From the NCBI GenBank assembly GCA_964624275.1, contig CAZUXP010000003.1, positions 1-59,145 of the forward strand: a DNA stretch of 59,145 nucleotides, written 5' to 3'. The notes under the pieces were generated by a model that saw only the letters and a list, made by a program, of their open reading frames with translations, ran no database searches and had not been told where the DNA came from. Below, in pieces: positions 18,662 through 28,250 of this stretch (the first letter of the stretch is position 1; each line of letters opens with the position of its first letter). Source of the DNA: an uncultured Methanosarcinales archaeon. GTDB lineage: Archaea; Nanobdellota; Nanobdellia; Woesearchaeales; DATGWN01. The translations under genes and the position numbers were made by a program.

Positions 18662-19117
18662 TCATGGTGATATTATATCTTGATCACTTGCCTCATTATC
18701 GGCAACAATTCGAATAGTATGAATACTACTACTTAATGCTTGTGTTGTTTGAATCAAAACAATTTCAGATGGATCCCATATAAACTCATTACCTACACTT
18801 GTGTCTGATTCAACTTCAATAGTTCGCTGTGCACGAGCAATTCGAATACCATTTACAAAAATGTCAGTTGCGTTTAATTCTAAACGCGTTTTTCCTGAAT
18901 TTCGAACATATACACGCAACTCATCGTTTGAAGAATTATATGTTAAACTCATTATGGAAATATCACTAAGTAATTGTTCGGATAATCGTTCATTTTGCGT
19001 TCGCAATGATTGAGAATTTTGTTGCATTTGATCATTCATTCCAATTATAAATGCACTCGCAATCATAATAACTGCAATAAAAAATATGATTTGTGCAGCA
19101 ACTGTTCCAAAACCCAT
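18662..19117 (-). CDS. ArlF/ArlG-type archaellum stator/S-layer-binding protein; a single copy
   Basis: N-terminal TM MGFGTVAAQIIFFIAVIMIASAFIIG followed by a beta-rich domain (LRVYVRNSGKTRLELNATDIFVNGIRI). Confidence 0.7.
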   Translation of the reverse strand: MGFGTVAAQIIFFIAVIMIASAFIIGMNDQMQQNSQSLRTQNERLSEQLLSDISIMSLTYNSSNDELRVYVRNSGKTRLELNATDIFVNGIRIARAQRTIEVESDTSVGNEFIWDPSEIVLIQTTQALSSSIHTIRIVADNEASDQDIISP

Positions 19118-19222
19118 AATCCACCTCTACGTATTATTATGACGAGACGCTTATAAATGTTTTGGCAAAATCGTTGGCAACAGCAATAAGTGATAATACC
19201 TTGGAATAAATTAAGAAAAATA

Positions 19223-19324
19223 GATGATTCACAAGAAAATCAAAGATTTTCTGTGCACGAAAAACATTGTTTTTCTTTATATGTAACATATTTTTCATAG
19301 ATAAAGCAACTGCTGTGAATTATC
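19223..19324. repeat. Structured intergenic element, copy 1; candidate ncRNA or MITE inside the archaellum locus
   Basis: 11-bp terminal pairing GATGATTCACA / TGTGAATTATC. Internal perfect hairpin AGAAAATC-AAA-GATTTTCT (19234-19252). About 36/40 identity to 23821-23860. Confidence 0.4.
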
Positions 19325-19383
19325 AGTATTATCACAAACTTTTGTCGCAAACTAAAATGACTTTGTGCAAAATCACTCTTAAT

Positions 19384-20289
19384 CTATTCGCTCTCTAAGA
19401 TGTTACCAAGAAGTTTCACACATTCTTCTCGAGAAGAACATTCATATAATTCTTTTGCCAAATCATCTGCATGAAGTGAACCCTTAACCCAGGCCGCAAA
19501 ATCATGTTTATTTTCTGTAACATAATGAGAAAATTCCTCGTCACTCATATGATATAATTCTAAAAATAATTCAGTTAAAGAATATACTTTTGTTTGTGAT
19601 TGTAATGTAAATGCAGTATCTTTGGATGTTTGAATTTGCATATATTTCAAATACGAACTATAATTCAGTTTTGGCGTTTGGATTGATTCGTCCAAATCAT
19701 GTAATGCGGATTCAACAGTTGGATTTTGTTGTTTTTTTGAAACTGAATTATTTCCAATAATATGAGCATCTTTTGACTTTTGTGGCTCTTCAACTGGTTT
19801 TTTCACTTCTTGAGAAGAATCATTTATTGATTTATCTTTTGATTCAGACTCAGGTAATTCTTTTTTTTGAATAGATTCATTTTCAGATGATTGTTGAGGC
19901 GAATTTGATTGTGCGAAATGTGATTTTTGTGATTCTTCCTCGCTTAAAAACGGACTATACTGTGCAGTAACCATCTCATATATCTTTGAAAATTCACCCA
20001 AAGTACTCTCGACTTTTTGCAAACGTTCAGTTACTTCTTTATACTTTGTATCATCATCAGTTTTTGTTTCAATAGCTGTGATACGATTTTCAACTTGCAC
20101 AAAATGTTCTGAAACATCTTTATTAATAGAAGAAATACTCTCAAGAATTTTAGTTAAGAGTTCTTTATCTTCTGCCATCTTTTTCATGTTTTCAGCAGAA
20201 GACTCACTATTTGTCGTATCCTCTTTTTTCTCTTCCCCTTTTTTATGAAGCAACCCCTTTGCCCGCTCCAATATTGATTTCATACTCAT
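19384..20289 (-). CDS. ArlC (FlaC)-like coiled-coil protein with a Ser/Glu-rich linker and an extra C-terminal helical module
   Basis: The coiled coil ends in KIYEMVTAQYSPFL, resembling the FlaC lYE-x-V-x3-NPF end. Its position between an archaellin and arlF/G agrees. Confidence 0.5.
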   Translation of the reverse strand: MSMKSILERAKGLLHKKGEEKKEDTTNSESSAENMKKMAEDKELLTKILESISSINKDVSEHFVQVENRITAIETKTDDDTKYKEVTERLQKVESTLGEFSKIYEMVTAQYSPFLSEEESQKSHFAQSNSPQQSSENESIQKKELPESESKDKSINDSSQEVKKPVEEPQKSKDAHIIGNNSVSKKQQNPTVESALHDLDESIQTPKLNYSSYLKYMQIQTSKDTAFTLQSQTKVYSLTELFLELYHMSDEEFSHYVTENKHDFAAWVKGSLHADDLAKELYECSSREECVKLLGNILESE

Positions 20290-20314
20290 ACTAACTCTAA
20301 AAAATATTGTATTT

Positions 20315-20923
20315 TTAACGAAGTCTTATACGTTCTGTTAAAACTAATTCAGGTGTTCGCATTTGCAAAATTGTTAATGAACCTGTTCTTGGCTGAACAG
20401 TCACTTCAAAATCAGTTTCAACACCTAAGATGTTTGCATCAGGTAATAAAAACCGAAATACTAAAATCTCACCTTCTTCGATAATTGTATCTTCATTTCC
20501 AATCAAATTATCAATACAAAAATCAACACCAGGAGTTAAATTATCAACCGTACAACTACTTCTGCCCGTTAATGATTCATTTAAATCTACAGAAAAAATC
20601 GACTCACGAGATACAAACGAAATTCCTAAGTTTCGTAATTGAAGTGGTGGGGATCCTGCTCGAACTCGCGTTTGTAACTCAACACCATAAACTGTTTCAC
20701 TTGAAACATTTGCAAGACCTACAACACTAAATACTTCTACACCCGATATCAACCTATCTTGTGCAGCTTGACTTACCGCTATTGCACTTTCTTGTAAAAC
20801 ACCAGTTGTTTGAATTAAAACACCTGCAGCAATTGCAGATACAAGTATAGTTGCGACGAAAATCAGCAGCATACCAACTCCTACAACAGCTTTTTTTGAA
20901 CTTCCCAGTAATAATCTTTGCAT
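20315..20923 (-). CDS. Divergent archaellin-like protein at the head of the locus
   Basis: SSKKAVVG/VGMLLIFVATILVSAIAAGVLIQTTGVLQESA is an archaellin-type N-terminus. GAGGAA precedes the ATG. Confidence 0.75.
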   Translation of the reverse strand: MQRLLLGSSKKAVVGVGMLLIFVATILVSAIAAGVLIQTTGVLQESAIAVSQAAQDRLISGVEVFSVVGLANVSSETVYGVELQTRVRAGSPPLQLRNLGISFVSRESIFSVDLNESLTGRSSCTVDNLTPGVDFCIDNLIGNEDTIIEEGEILVFRFLLPDANILGVETDFEVTVQPRTGSLTILQMRTPELVLTERIRLR

Positions 20924-20941
20924 TATGTGCGATTCCTCTAT

Positions 20942-21124
20942 TTATTTATGAAGTGCAAGTCGTTCCCATATTCGTACAAGTACTAAAATTACTCCTAATA
21001 ATGCAATAAGCACCAATATAAGTAATAATAATACAATAACAAATACATCAACTATTCCTGTTGCAATGTGAGTTTGGACTGCTGAATAAAAAATATATCC
21101 TGCACAAACACCAAACAAAGCCAT
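20942..21124 (-). CDS. Possible 60-aa two-TM membrane peptide
   Basis: Strongly hydrophobic ORF. No other support. Confidence 0.3.
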   Translation of the reverse strand: MALFGVCAGYIFYSAVQTHIATGIVDVFVIVLLLLILVLIALLGVILVLVRIWERLALHK

Positions 21125-21277
21125 CAGAATTGATATTACGACTTCAACTACATGTGCACTTACGCGCGTTTTAACTAAAATTTTACATCACCTTTTTTAT
21201 AATAATACCATACTTTAGACTCTTGCCTTTTTAAATATTTTGATTAAATATCAGGTTTTCATACAAAAAAACACGTT

Positions 21278-23758
21278 TTATCCAAAAAATGACGTTAAAT
21301 CGTTTTGAATATCATTTGCAAGTAATTCATCTTTTGTTATTGCAAAAACCTCTAAAATACTTAATACTACTGGAAGTAATTGATTATGAATATAATAGTG
21401 GGAATCAATATCATTTATTGACACTTCATCAGGAATCCCAACTCGTTCATAAACTGCACCCGAACCATTTTGCACAACATATGAAATTCTTGAACCTTTT
21501 TTTACTTGTTCACCGCGTTGTAATAATTTTTTTGCTAAAATTACGTGAGGTAAATTCGTCGTATATTCTGAGACATCCCTTGATAATTTTGCACTTAAAA
21601 TTAATTCAGAAATAGATACGTCGCGATTTTCTAATCGTTTCATTTGACGTTTTACAAATAATACCGCTTTTTTCACATCTTTTTGCGCAAGTAAGATTTT
21701 TATAAGTTCAAATTGGGTTTGACGCGCATAATCACACCAATCAGTTCGAACATACTCTAAACCAGTTATTTTAAACGTATCATTTCCAGCATATAATGCA
21801 TACCGTTTTTTTGCGCCACCACCACCACTTTTAGCCTGAACAAAAATACCTGATTCAAAGAAATTTTCAAATTGCAACTCCATAATTCCAGGTAATGTCC
21901 TGTTTAATTGTGAAACAAATAAAACCGCATCATCTTTTGTTTTATCTTTTAATTCTAAAAATATTGAATCCGTATCACCATAAATAACTGAAAAACCTTG
22001 TTTTTTCGCCTCGTTAATTGTATATTTAATATAATGACGTGCATATGCAGTTGTTGCAGCTGCAGCTTCGTTACAATGCCAACGTGCATGTGCAAATGCT
22101 AAATACCCATACATTGAATTCGCCAAAATTTTCAAATTATATATTCGGGCTTTTAAGAATTGTTTTTTTGATTCATCGGTTGTTTTTTGTAACTCTTTTT
22201 TGATTTGAATACGGCGCGTAATAATATCAGTTATTACTTCTGCAATAAATGTCGGATGAGTTTTTGAGAAATATAATTGTTGATTCATTTCAGGAACAGC
22301 ATTTTCTGATTTTGTATCTCGATTAAAAGTATCTTTTTCTAAATGAAGTGATGAAATTATTGACGGATACAGTGATTGAAAATCAAACACTACAATATTT
22401 GAATATAATCCTGGATTCGGTTTATACACAAATGCACCTTCGTTTTTAGGTTCAGATAAACGATGCTCAAGTTCATTTCCCGAAGGTCTATTTGGAACAA
22501 CAATATCAAAATCCAATGAGCGAAATATCAAATACCATTCTACTAATTGCGAATACGACATTCTTACCAAATCTTGTAATGGAAGAGGAATTAGAGCAAT
22601 AAATTCAAACATATTTACAAATAATTTTTCAAATAAATCATAACATAGTTTACAATCTTGAATATTATAGAGCAAATATTCATCTAATTTTTTGGAATCT
22701 TTTGTATTCCATGCATCATATAATTTTGTAATATCAACCGAATCTTTTGTGTTATCTAATAGTTCTTTTGAAACCGCATCTAATGAATAACTTGTCGTTT
22801 GTAATTGATTTTTAAAATTGATTCGAATAAATTGAAATAAATCAATATGAGGCATCCCTTTTATATGAACATATCTTTGAGATCCACCGCTGAATTGCAA
22901 ACCCGTTTGAATTGGACTAAATGATGGCGTAATATTGAACTGATCACACCTATCTTGAATATATGACCAATCAAATGAATCTGAATTATATCCACAAACA
23001 AAATGAGGCTGGTTTTTTTGTAAATACGAAAAAAAAGATTCAATCATTTCTTGTTCAGTTTTACAATGCACAATCTGAGATAAGGATGATTTATGTGAAC
23101 TCCACGTAAATACTTTTTGTTCATCTTTTGTATAAATTGCAATTGAAAGAATCGGATTTTTGTGTGTGTCAATCCGATTTGATTCCGCATACGTTTCAAT
23201 ATCAAATGCTAAGACTTTAAGTTTTTTATACTCAACATTTTTATATTGGCAACATAATTTTAACGGATTTGTTGATTCGACCAAATGTTTTGAAAGTGGA
23301 ACAATTTTTCTTTGTAAAATATATTTTCGAATGATGGGTAAATCTGCTTCTAAAACTGCCTTTACAGTATCAAGTGATTCAAAATATGAAATGCACTCAT
23401 TTGAAACATAGAGTGTTGATAATTGCACGAATATACCATCGTATTCATCACCAAAATATTTTTTTCTTTTTATGTGAACGGATTGGAGTTTAAAATCACC
23501 TTTTTTGGATTGAATTTTTTCAACAGTCTCTTGGATTTTTTGTTGAGAAGTATTTTGATGCAAAAGCACATACGCATAATTATAAAAACTTTCATCCACA
23601 TATTCAACACGATTATACGCATCATCAAGTCCAAACATTTTTACGTGTAAGTTCGTGTCAGTTTGTGTTACAACAAAATCCAACGGATACACATATTTTT
23701 TTTCAATCATAACGTAGAGTGATGATTGTTTCGTATTTAAATGATTTCGTTTTTTCAT
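21278..23758 (-). CDS. polB: Family B DNA polymerase
   Basis: Exo I FDIET, Exo II GYNSDSFDWSY, Exo III YNIQDCKL, Pol A DFQSLYPSII, Pol B KILANSMYGY, Pol C YGDTDS. Confidence 0.93.
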   Translation of the reverse strand: MKKRNHLNTKQSSLYVMIEKKYVYPLDFVVTQTDTNLHVKMFGLDDAYNRVEYVDESFYNYAYVLLHQNTSQQKIQETVEKIQSKKGDFKLQSVHIKRKKYFGDEYDGIFVQLSTLYVSNECISYFESLDTVKAVLEADLPIIRKYILQRKIVPLSKHLVESTNPLKLCCQYKNVEYKKLKVLAFDIETYAESNRIDTHKNPILSIAIYTKDEQKVFTWSSHKSSLSQIVHCKTEQEMIESFFSYLQKNQPHFVCGYNSDSFDWSYIQDRCDQFNITPSFSPIQTGLQFSGGSQRYVHIKGMPHIDLFQFIRINFKNQLQTTSYSLDAVSKELLDNTKDSVDITKLYDAWNTKDSKKLDEYLLYNIQDCKLCYDLFEKLFVNMFEFIALIPLPLQDLVRMSYSQLVEWYLIFRSLDFDIVVPNRPSGNELEHRLSEPKNEGAFVYKPNPGLYSNIVVFDFQSLYPSIISSLHLEKDTFNRDTKSENAVPEMNQQLYFSKTHPTFIAEVITDIITRRIQIKKELQKTTDESKKQFLKARIYNLKILANSMYGYLAFAHARWHCNEAAAATTAYARHYIKYTINEAKKQGFSVIYGDTDSIFLELKDKTKDDAVLFVSQLNRTLPGIMELQFENFFESGIFVQAKSGGGGAKKRYALYAGNDTFKITGLEYVRTDWCDYARQTQFELIKILLAQKDVKKAVLFVKRQMKRLENRDVSISELILSAKLSRDVSEYTTNLPHVILAKKLLQRGEQVKKGSRISYVVQNGSGAVYERVGIPDEVSINDIDSHYYIHNQLLPVVLSILEVFAITKDELLANDIQNDLTSFFG

Positions 23759-23821
23759 GCTGTGTCCAATAAATATAAAATAAGTTGCATTATCTTGGCG
23801 TTTTATAAGATGAGAGTCTGA

Positions 23822-23897
23822 TTCACGAGAAAATCAAGGATTTTCTGTGCATGAAAAATGACATATTTTTCTTTGTATACAGGGCTCTCGTCGTGAA
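23822..23897. repeat. Structured intergenic element, copy 2; between the divergent polB and NTase genes
   Basis: Terminal pairing TTCACGA / TCGTGAA and internal hairpin AGAAAATC-AAG-GATTTTCT (23828-23846). Collinear with copy 1. Confidence 0.4.
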
Positions 23898-24085
23898 GTG
23901 AACAACTGTTTTAAAATCACCGTAATGTAACTTAACAAATGATTAATTATTCGACACAGCATTTTTTCAAATATATAAATCGGGAGAAAAAGCGTTTTGA
24001 ATCGCTAACTTTATAAAACTCCAAAAAAATAAATCACTTGTTCCATTTAAAAGATATACATAATATACAAAATGAGGGAAACTAA

Positions 24086-25882
24086 ATGAACCAATCTTCG
24101 AATCCTGAGACCGAAAAGAAAATGCAGAAAATGCAAACGACACTGACCGAATTTAAAGATAAAGTACTTGCAAAATTTGAAGGGTACATTACAGGAATTT
24201 CACTCCTTCCTCCAGGTAAAACCATTTTTAATAGTATTGATGAAGAAGAAAAAGAATTACCTAAGGAAAAAATGAGTGTTTTAGTTCTTGTTGATGATAC
24301 CGAATCAACAAAGATAGATAAACTTGAATTAAAAGCAAAACTTGATGAAAAAATACAAGAAATTGCAAAATCCGTTGATCCAAATATTCACGCTCAAACA
24401 CTTATTCATACTGAACTCTGGCAGTACTGTTTTGATTCAAAAACCGAAATACTTGGACTTCTGGCAACAACTGCAATTATTTATGATGCAGGTATGCTTG
24501 GTGCGATTAAAATTGCAGAAGTTCATAAACAAATGGTTTTAAAAAAGTTTGAAAAATATATTGTGAGTTACGTTTTAGCAGGAAGTTTAGTGCAAGGAAA
24601 AGCAACACCTCAAAGTGATGTTGATGTTTTTATTGTCATTGACGATACTGATGTCAAAAAAATGACTCGTGTTGAATTAAAAGATAAACTTCGTTCAATT
24701 ATAATTGGTATGAGTGCACAAGCAAGTGAAATGACTGGTATTAAAAAAGCGTTTAACATTCAAACATATATTTTAACTGATTTTTGGGATTCAATTAAAG
24801 AAGCAAATCCAGTAATCTTTACATTTTTACGAGACGGAGTTCCATTTTTTGATCGGGGAATTTTCATGCCTTGGAAACAACTCTTACAAATGGGTAAAGT
24901 TAAACCAAGCATGGAAGCAATTGATATGTACATGAATACGGGAGAGCAAATGCTTGAACGAACACAACTTAAGTTAAATGAAATTGGAATGGAAGATACT
25001 TTTTGGTCGATCCTGTATCCATCACAAGCAGCACTTATGTTATATGGTCTTGCACCACCAACACCAAAAGAAACTCCTGAGCTTCTTCGAAAAGTTTTTG
25101 TAAAAAAAGAAAAACTACTTGAAGATAAATACGTGAAAATATTAGAACACAATATTAAAGTTCGAAAAGATCTTGAACATGGACCAAAGAAGAAAACAAC
25201 TGGAAAAGAAATAGATACACTTATGAGTGATGCGCAAGATTTCTTAAAACGAATTCGAAAACTATTTGACGATATTCAAGAAAAACAAATGAAACAATCA
25301 CTCGTTCATACATACGACCATGTTGTAACAATAATACGTGATATATTCAAACTTATCGGATTAAAGAAAAAAATATCTGAAAACGATATACCTGTTGCAT
25401 TCAAAGAACACGTTGTTGACTCTGGAGAAATTCCAATGCGAACAATGCGAATGCTTGAATCACTTCTTAAAGCAAAAAATGAACATACGAATGGAACATT
25501 ACATAAATCCGAAATTGAAAAAATAAGTATTCAGGCTCAAGAACTCATTCGACTTTTAGTTGAATATATACAAAAAAAACGTGGTGTTGAACTTGAACGA
25601 ATGAAACTTCGAATCAAATCAGGTAAGAATTTTGGCGAAGTAATTTTATTAGATAAAATTGCATATATTATACATGATATAGATGCACCTCAACGCAAAT
25701 ATTCAAAAGCAACAATAACCGATAAAGGTGGACTAACACAAATACAAGAAAGTTCAATAGAAGAACTTGAAAAGGATCTCGTAAAAATTCAAATACCTCA
25801 ACGCGCATTTATCAAAGACCAAATATTCATGGATTTAAAAAAGATATTTGGTAAAGATGTTGAAGTGTTACTTAATTTATAA
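24086..25882 (+). CDS. Large nucleotidyltransferase-domain protein: degenerate NTase-like N-terminus, active-looking MNT domain and helical HEPN-like C-terminal regions
   Basis: LAGSLVQGKATPQSDVDVFIVIDD is the G-S...D-x-D motif. An upstream MSVLVLVDD segment lacks G-S. A long helical C-terminus follows. Confidence 0.6.
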   Translation: MNQSSNPETEKKMQKMQTTLTEFKDKVLAKFEGYITGISLLPPGKTIFNSIDEEEKELPKEKMSVLVLVDDTESTKIDKLELKAKLDEKIQEIAKSVDPNIHAQTLIHTELWQYCFDSKTEILGLLATTAIIYDAGMLGAIKIAEVHKQMVLKKFEKYIVSYVLAGSLVQGKATPQSDVDVFIVIDDTDVKKMTRVELKDKLRSIIIGMSAQASEMTGIKKAFNIQTYILTDFWDSIKEANPVIFTFLRDGVPFFDRGIFMPWKQLLQMGKVKPSMEAIDMYMNTGEQMLERTQLKLNEIGMEDTFWSILYPSQAALMLYGLAPPTPKETPELLRKVFVKKEKLLEDKYVKILEHNIKVRKDLEHGPKKKTTGKEIDTLMSDAQDFLKRIRKLFDDIQEKQMKQSLVHTYDHVVTIIRDIFKLIGLKKKISENDIPVAFKEHVVDSGEIPMRTMRMLESLLKAKNEHTNGTLHKSEIEKISIQAQELIRLLVEYIQKKRGVELERMKLRIKSGKNFGEVILLDKIAYIIHDIDAPQRKYSKATITDKGGLTQIQESSIEELEKDLVKIQIPQRAFIKDQIFMDLKKIFGKDVEVLLNL

Positions 25883-26055
25883 TTACATGAATTTTTGCAC
25901 TTTTGGCTCTAAACTCAGAGTCTGTTTCACATCATAATTATTATAGTGTAAAATACTACTATAATTAAATTGTTAAGACAGAGCTTAAAAAAACAAATAG
26001 TTTATATAATATTTCTACTTTCCATTTTTTGAAAGGGGATATATTAGGTGAAATA

Positions 26056-26559
26056 ATGGAAACGGGATATACAGTTTTAGATGCAATGACTCACATGCCC
26101 ATTACGGTTCTTCATACAGATTCCGTGTCGAAATGTGCACAAATAATGGCAAAACACCGATTGGGTAGTTTACTCATTTTACAAGACGATAAACTTTCAG
26201 GTATTGTAACCGAAGGAGATTTAATTCGAAAAGTACTCTCAAAAGGACTCGATCCGTTACAGACACCAGTACATAATGTTATGTCAAAAGACATTATAAG
26301 TGTCTCGCCACACATGGATATTCACGAAGCAATGCTTACTATGAATAATTTTGATATTCGACACGCTCCTGTATTACATGAAGAAAAACTTGCTGGTTTT
26401 TTAACGCTTAAAGATATTTTACGAATCCAACCAGAATTATTTGAAATTCTTGCTGAAAAAAACAAAATGCAACAACCCGCAAATGAATTAGATATTGATT
26501 TTGATACGGATAATGATTTGGATGATGATGAGCCTATCATAAAACCTTATCATGATTAA
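26056..26559 (+). CDS. CBS-domain pair protein with an acidic tail
   Basis: Two CBS repeats (VLDAMT...GIVTEGDLIRKV and VMSKDIISV...GFLTLKDILR). The ATG at 26056 is preceded by GGTGA; the track used a TTG at 26029. Confidence 0.8.
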   Translation: METGYTVLDAMTHMPITVLHTDSVSKCAQIMAKHRLGSLLILQDDKLSGIVTEGDLIRKVLSKGLDPLQTPVHNVMSKDIISVSPHMDIHEAMLTMNNFDIRHAPVLHEEKLAGFLTLKDILRIQPELFEILAEKNKMQQPANELDIDFDTDNDLDDDEPIIKPYHD

Positions 26560-26562
26560 AAA

Positions 26563-28185
26563 TTATTTTTTAGCATAATATAAAGCAGCTTGTACTAATC
26601 CATAAAAAAGAGGCGCAGGTTTTTCTAATTTTGATTTAAGTTCTGGGTGAGCTTGTGTTGCAACAAAATATGGGTGATTCGCCAACTCGCAAAACTCAAC
26701 CAATCGTTCATCAGGGGATAAACCGCTAAAAATCATACCGTTTTGAGTTAATACTTCGTGAAAATCTGGATTAACTTCATATCGATGACGATGTCGCTCA
26801 TATGCTTTTTCTCCTTGGTTTGTGATTTGTGCATACAAAGATGATATCTGCGTATTTGGGTTTAAAACTGCCTCATATAATCCTAACCGCATCGATGCAC
26901 CTTTTTGTGTAACCTTTTTTTGTTCTGGAAGTAAATCGACAACGGGATAGGGTGTTTTTGGATTTATTTCTACTGAATTTGCACCTTCTAATTGACATAT
27001 TGATCGTGCAAACTCAATAACAGCTAACTGTAGTCCATAACAAATTCCTAAAAAAGGAATATTATGTTCACGTACATATTTTATAGCTTGAATTTTTCCT
27101 TCCGTTCCGCGCGTTCCAAAACCACCTGGAATTATGACACCGTGAACTTCTGCAAAAATTTTTGAAACCTGAGATATATCGTTTTCAAAATCTGTCGTTT
27201 CAACCCAAACTACTTCTACACAAGTATTAAGGTGTGCACCTGCGTGTTTTAATGATTCAACAATACTAATATATGAGTCTTGTAGTTCAGTATATTTACC
27301 ACAAATTGCAATTTTTACTGTATGTTGAGGATTTAATAGTGCCTGAACAAGACGTTTAAATTCTGTTAAATTTTCACAAGGTTTGAGACCTAAAATTTGT
27401 GGTAAAAGAATATCTAATCCCTCTTTTTGAAAAATAATTGGTAATTCATATATTGTGTCACAATCAGGATTACTAATTATCGCATTTTTATCTATATTAT
27501 CAAGCCAATGAAGTTTGTTTTTTGAACGATCAGTCAATGTTGTTCTACTTCTTCCAACAACAATATTCGGAAAAATACCATGCTGACGAAGTAATGTGAT
27601 GCTTTGTTGAATCGGTTTTGTTTTTTGTTCACCATTTTGTTCTGGAATAAGCCCTACATGAATAAATACAATGTTTTCACGACCAACTTTTTGAATAAGC
27701 TCACGACTTGCTTCTAAGAACCATAAATTCTCAATATCACCGACTGTTCCCCCTATTTCTATAAGTAAAATATCAGCGTCTTCATCTTGGGCAATTTGTG
27801 CAAATCGTTCTCTTATTTCTCCTGTTACGTGAGGAATAACTTGTACTGTTTTTCCTAAAAAATCCCCACGCCGTTCTTTTTGCATAAGTGACTGAAATAT
27901 TTTACCACTTGTTAAATTCCAATCAATCTTACAAGAAACATCTAAAAAACGTTCATAATGACCAAAATCTAAATCAACTTCCCCGCCATCATCTAACACA
28001 AACACTTCACCATGTTCAACTGGATTCATTGTTCCAGGATCAACATTTAAGTACCCATCGCATTTTATCGGAACAACTTTATAACTGTTTGAAAGAAGTT
28101 TTCCAATACTTGCACTTGTTACTCCTTTACCTAAACCAGAGAGAACTCCCCCTGTAATAATAATGTATTTTGTGTTTTTTTTCAT
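26563..28185 (-). CDS. pyrG: CTP synthase
   Basis: N-terminal KYIIITGGVLSGLGKG and the glutaminase motif GICYGLQ. Typical length of 540 aa. Confidence 0.95.
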   Translation of the reverse strand: MKKNTKYIIITGGVLSGLGKGVTSASIGKLLSNSYKVVPIKCDGYLNVDPGTMNPVEHGEVFVLDDGGEVDLDFGHYERFLDVSCKIDWNLTSGKIFQSLMQKERRGDFLGKTVQVIPHVTGEIRERFAQIAQDEDADILLIEIGGTVGDIENLWFLEASRELIQKVGRENIVFIHVGLIPEQNGEQKTKPIQQSITLLRQHGIFPNIVVGRSRTTLTDRSKNKLHWLDNIDKNAIISNPDCDTIYELPIIFQKEGLDILLPQILGLKPCENLTEFKRLVQALLNPQHTVKIAICGKYTELQDSYISIVESLKHAGAHLNTCVEVVWVETTDFENDISQVSKIFAEVHGVIIPGGFGTRGTEGKIQAIKYVREHNIPFLGICYGLQLAVIEFARSICQLEGANSVEINPKTPYPVVDLLPEQKKVTQKGASMRLGLYEAVLNPNTQISSLYAQITNQGEKAYERHRHRYEVNPDFHEVLTQNGMIFSGLSPDERLVEFCELANHPYFVATQAHPELKSKLEKPAPLFYGLVQAALYYAKK

Positions 28186-28250
28186 AAAATATAAATGAAG
28201 TTGACATACTTTAAAAGTATTAATTCACTTCAAAATACATTATGCAATAG

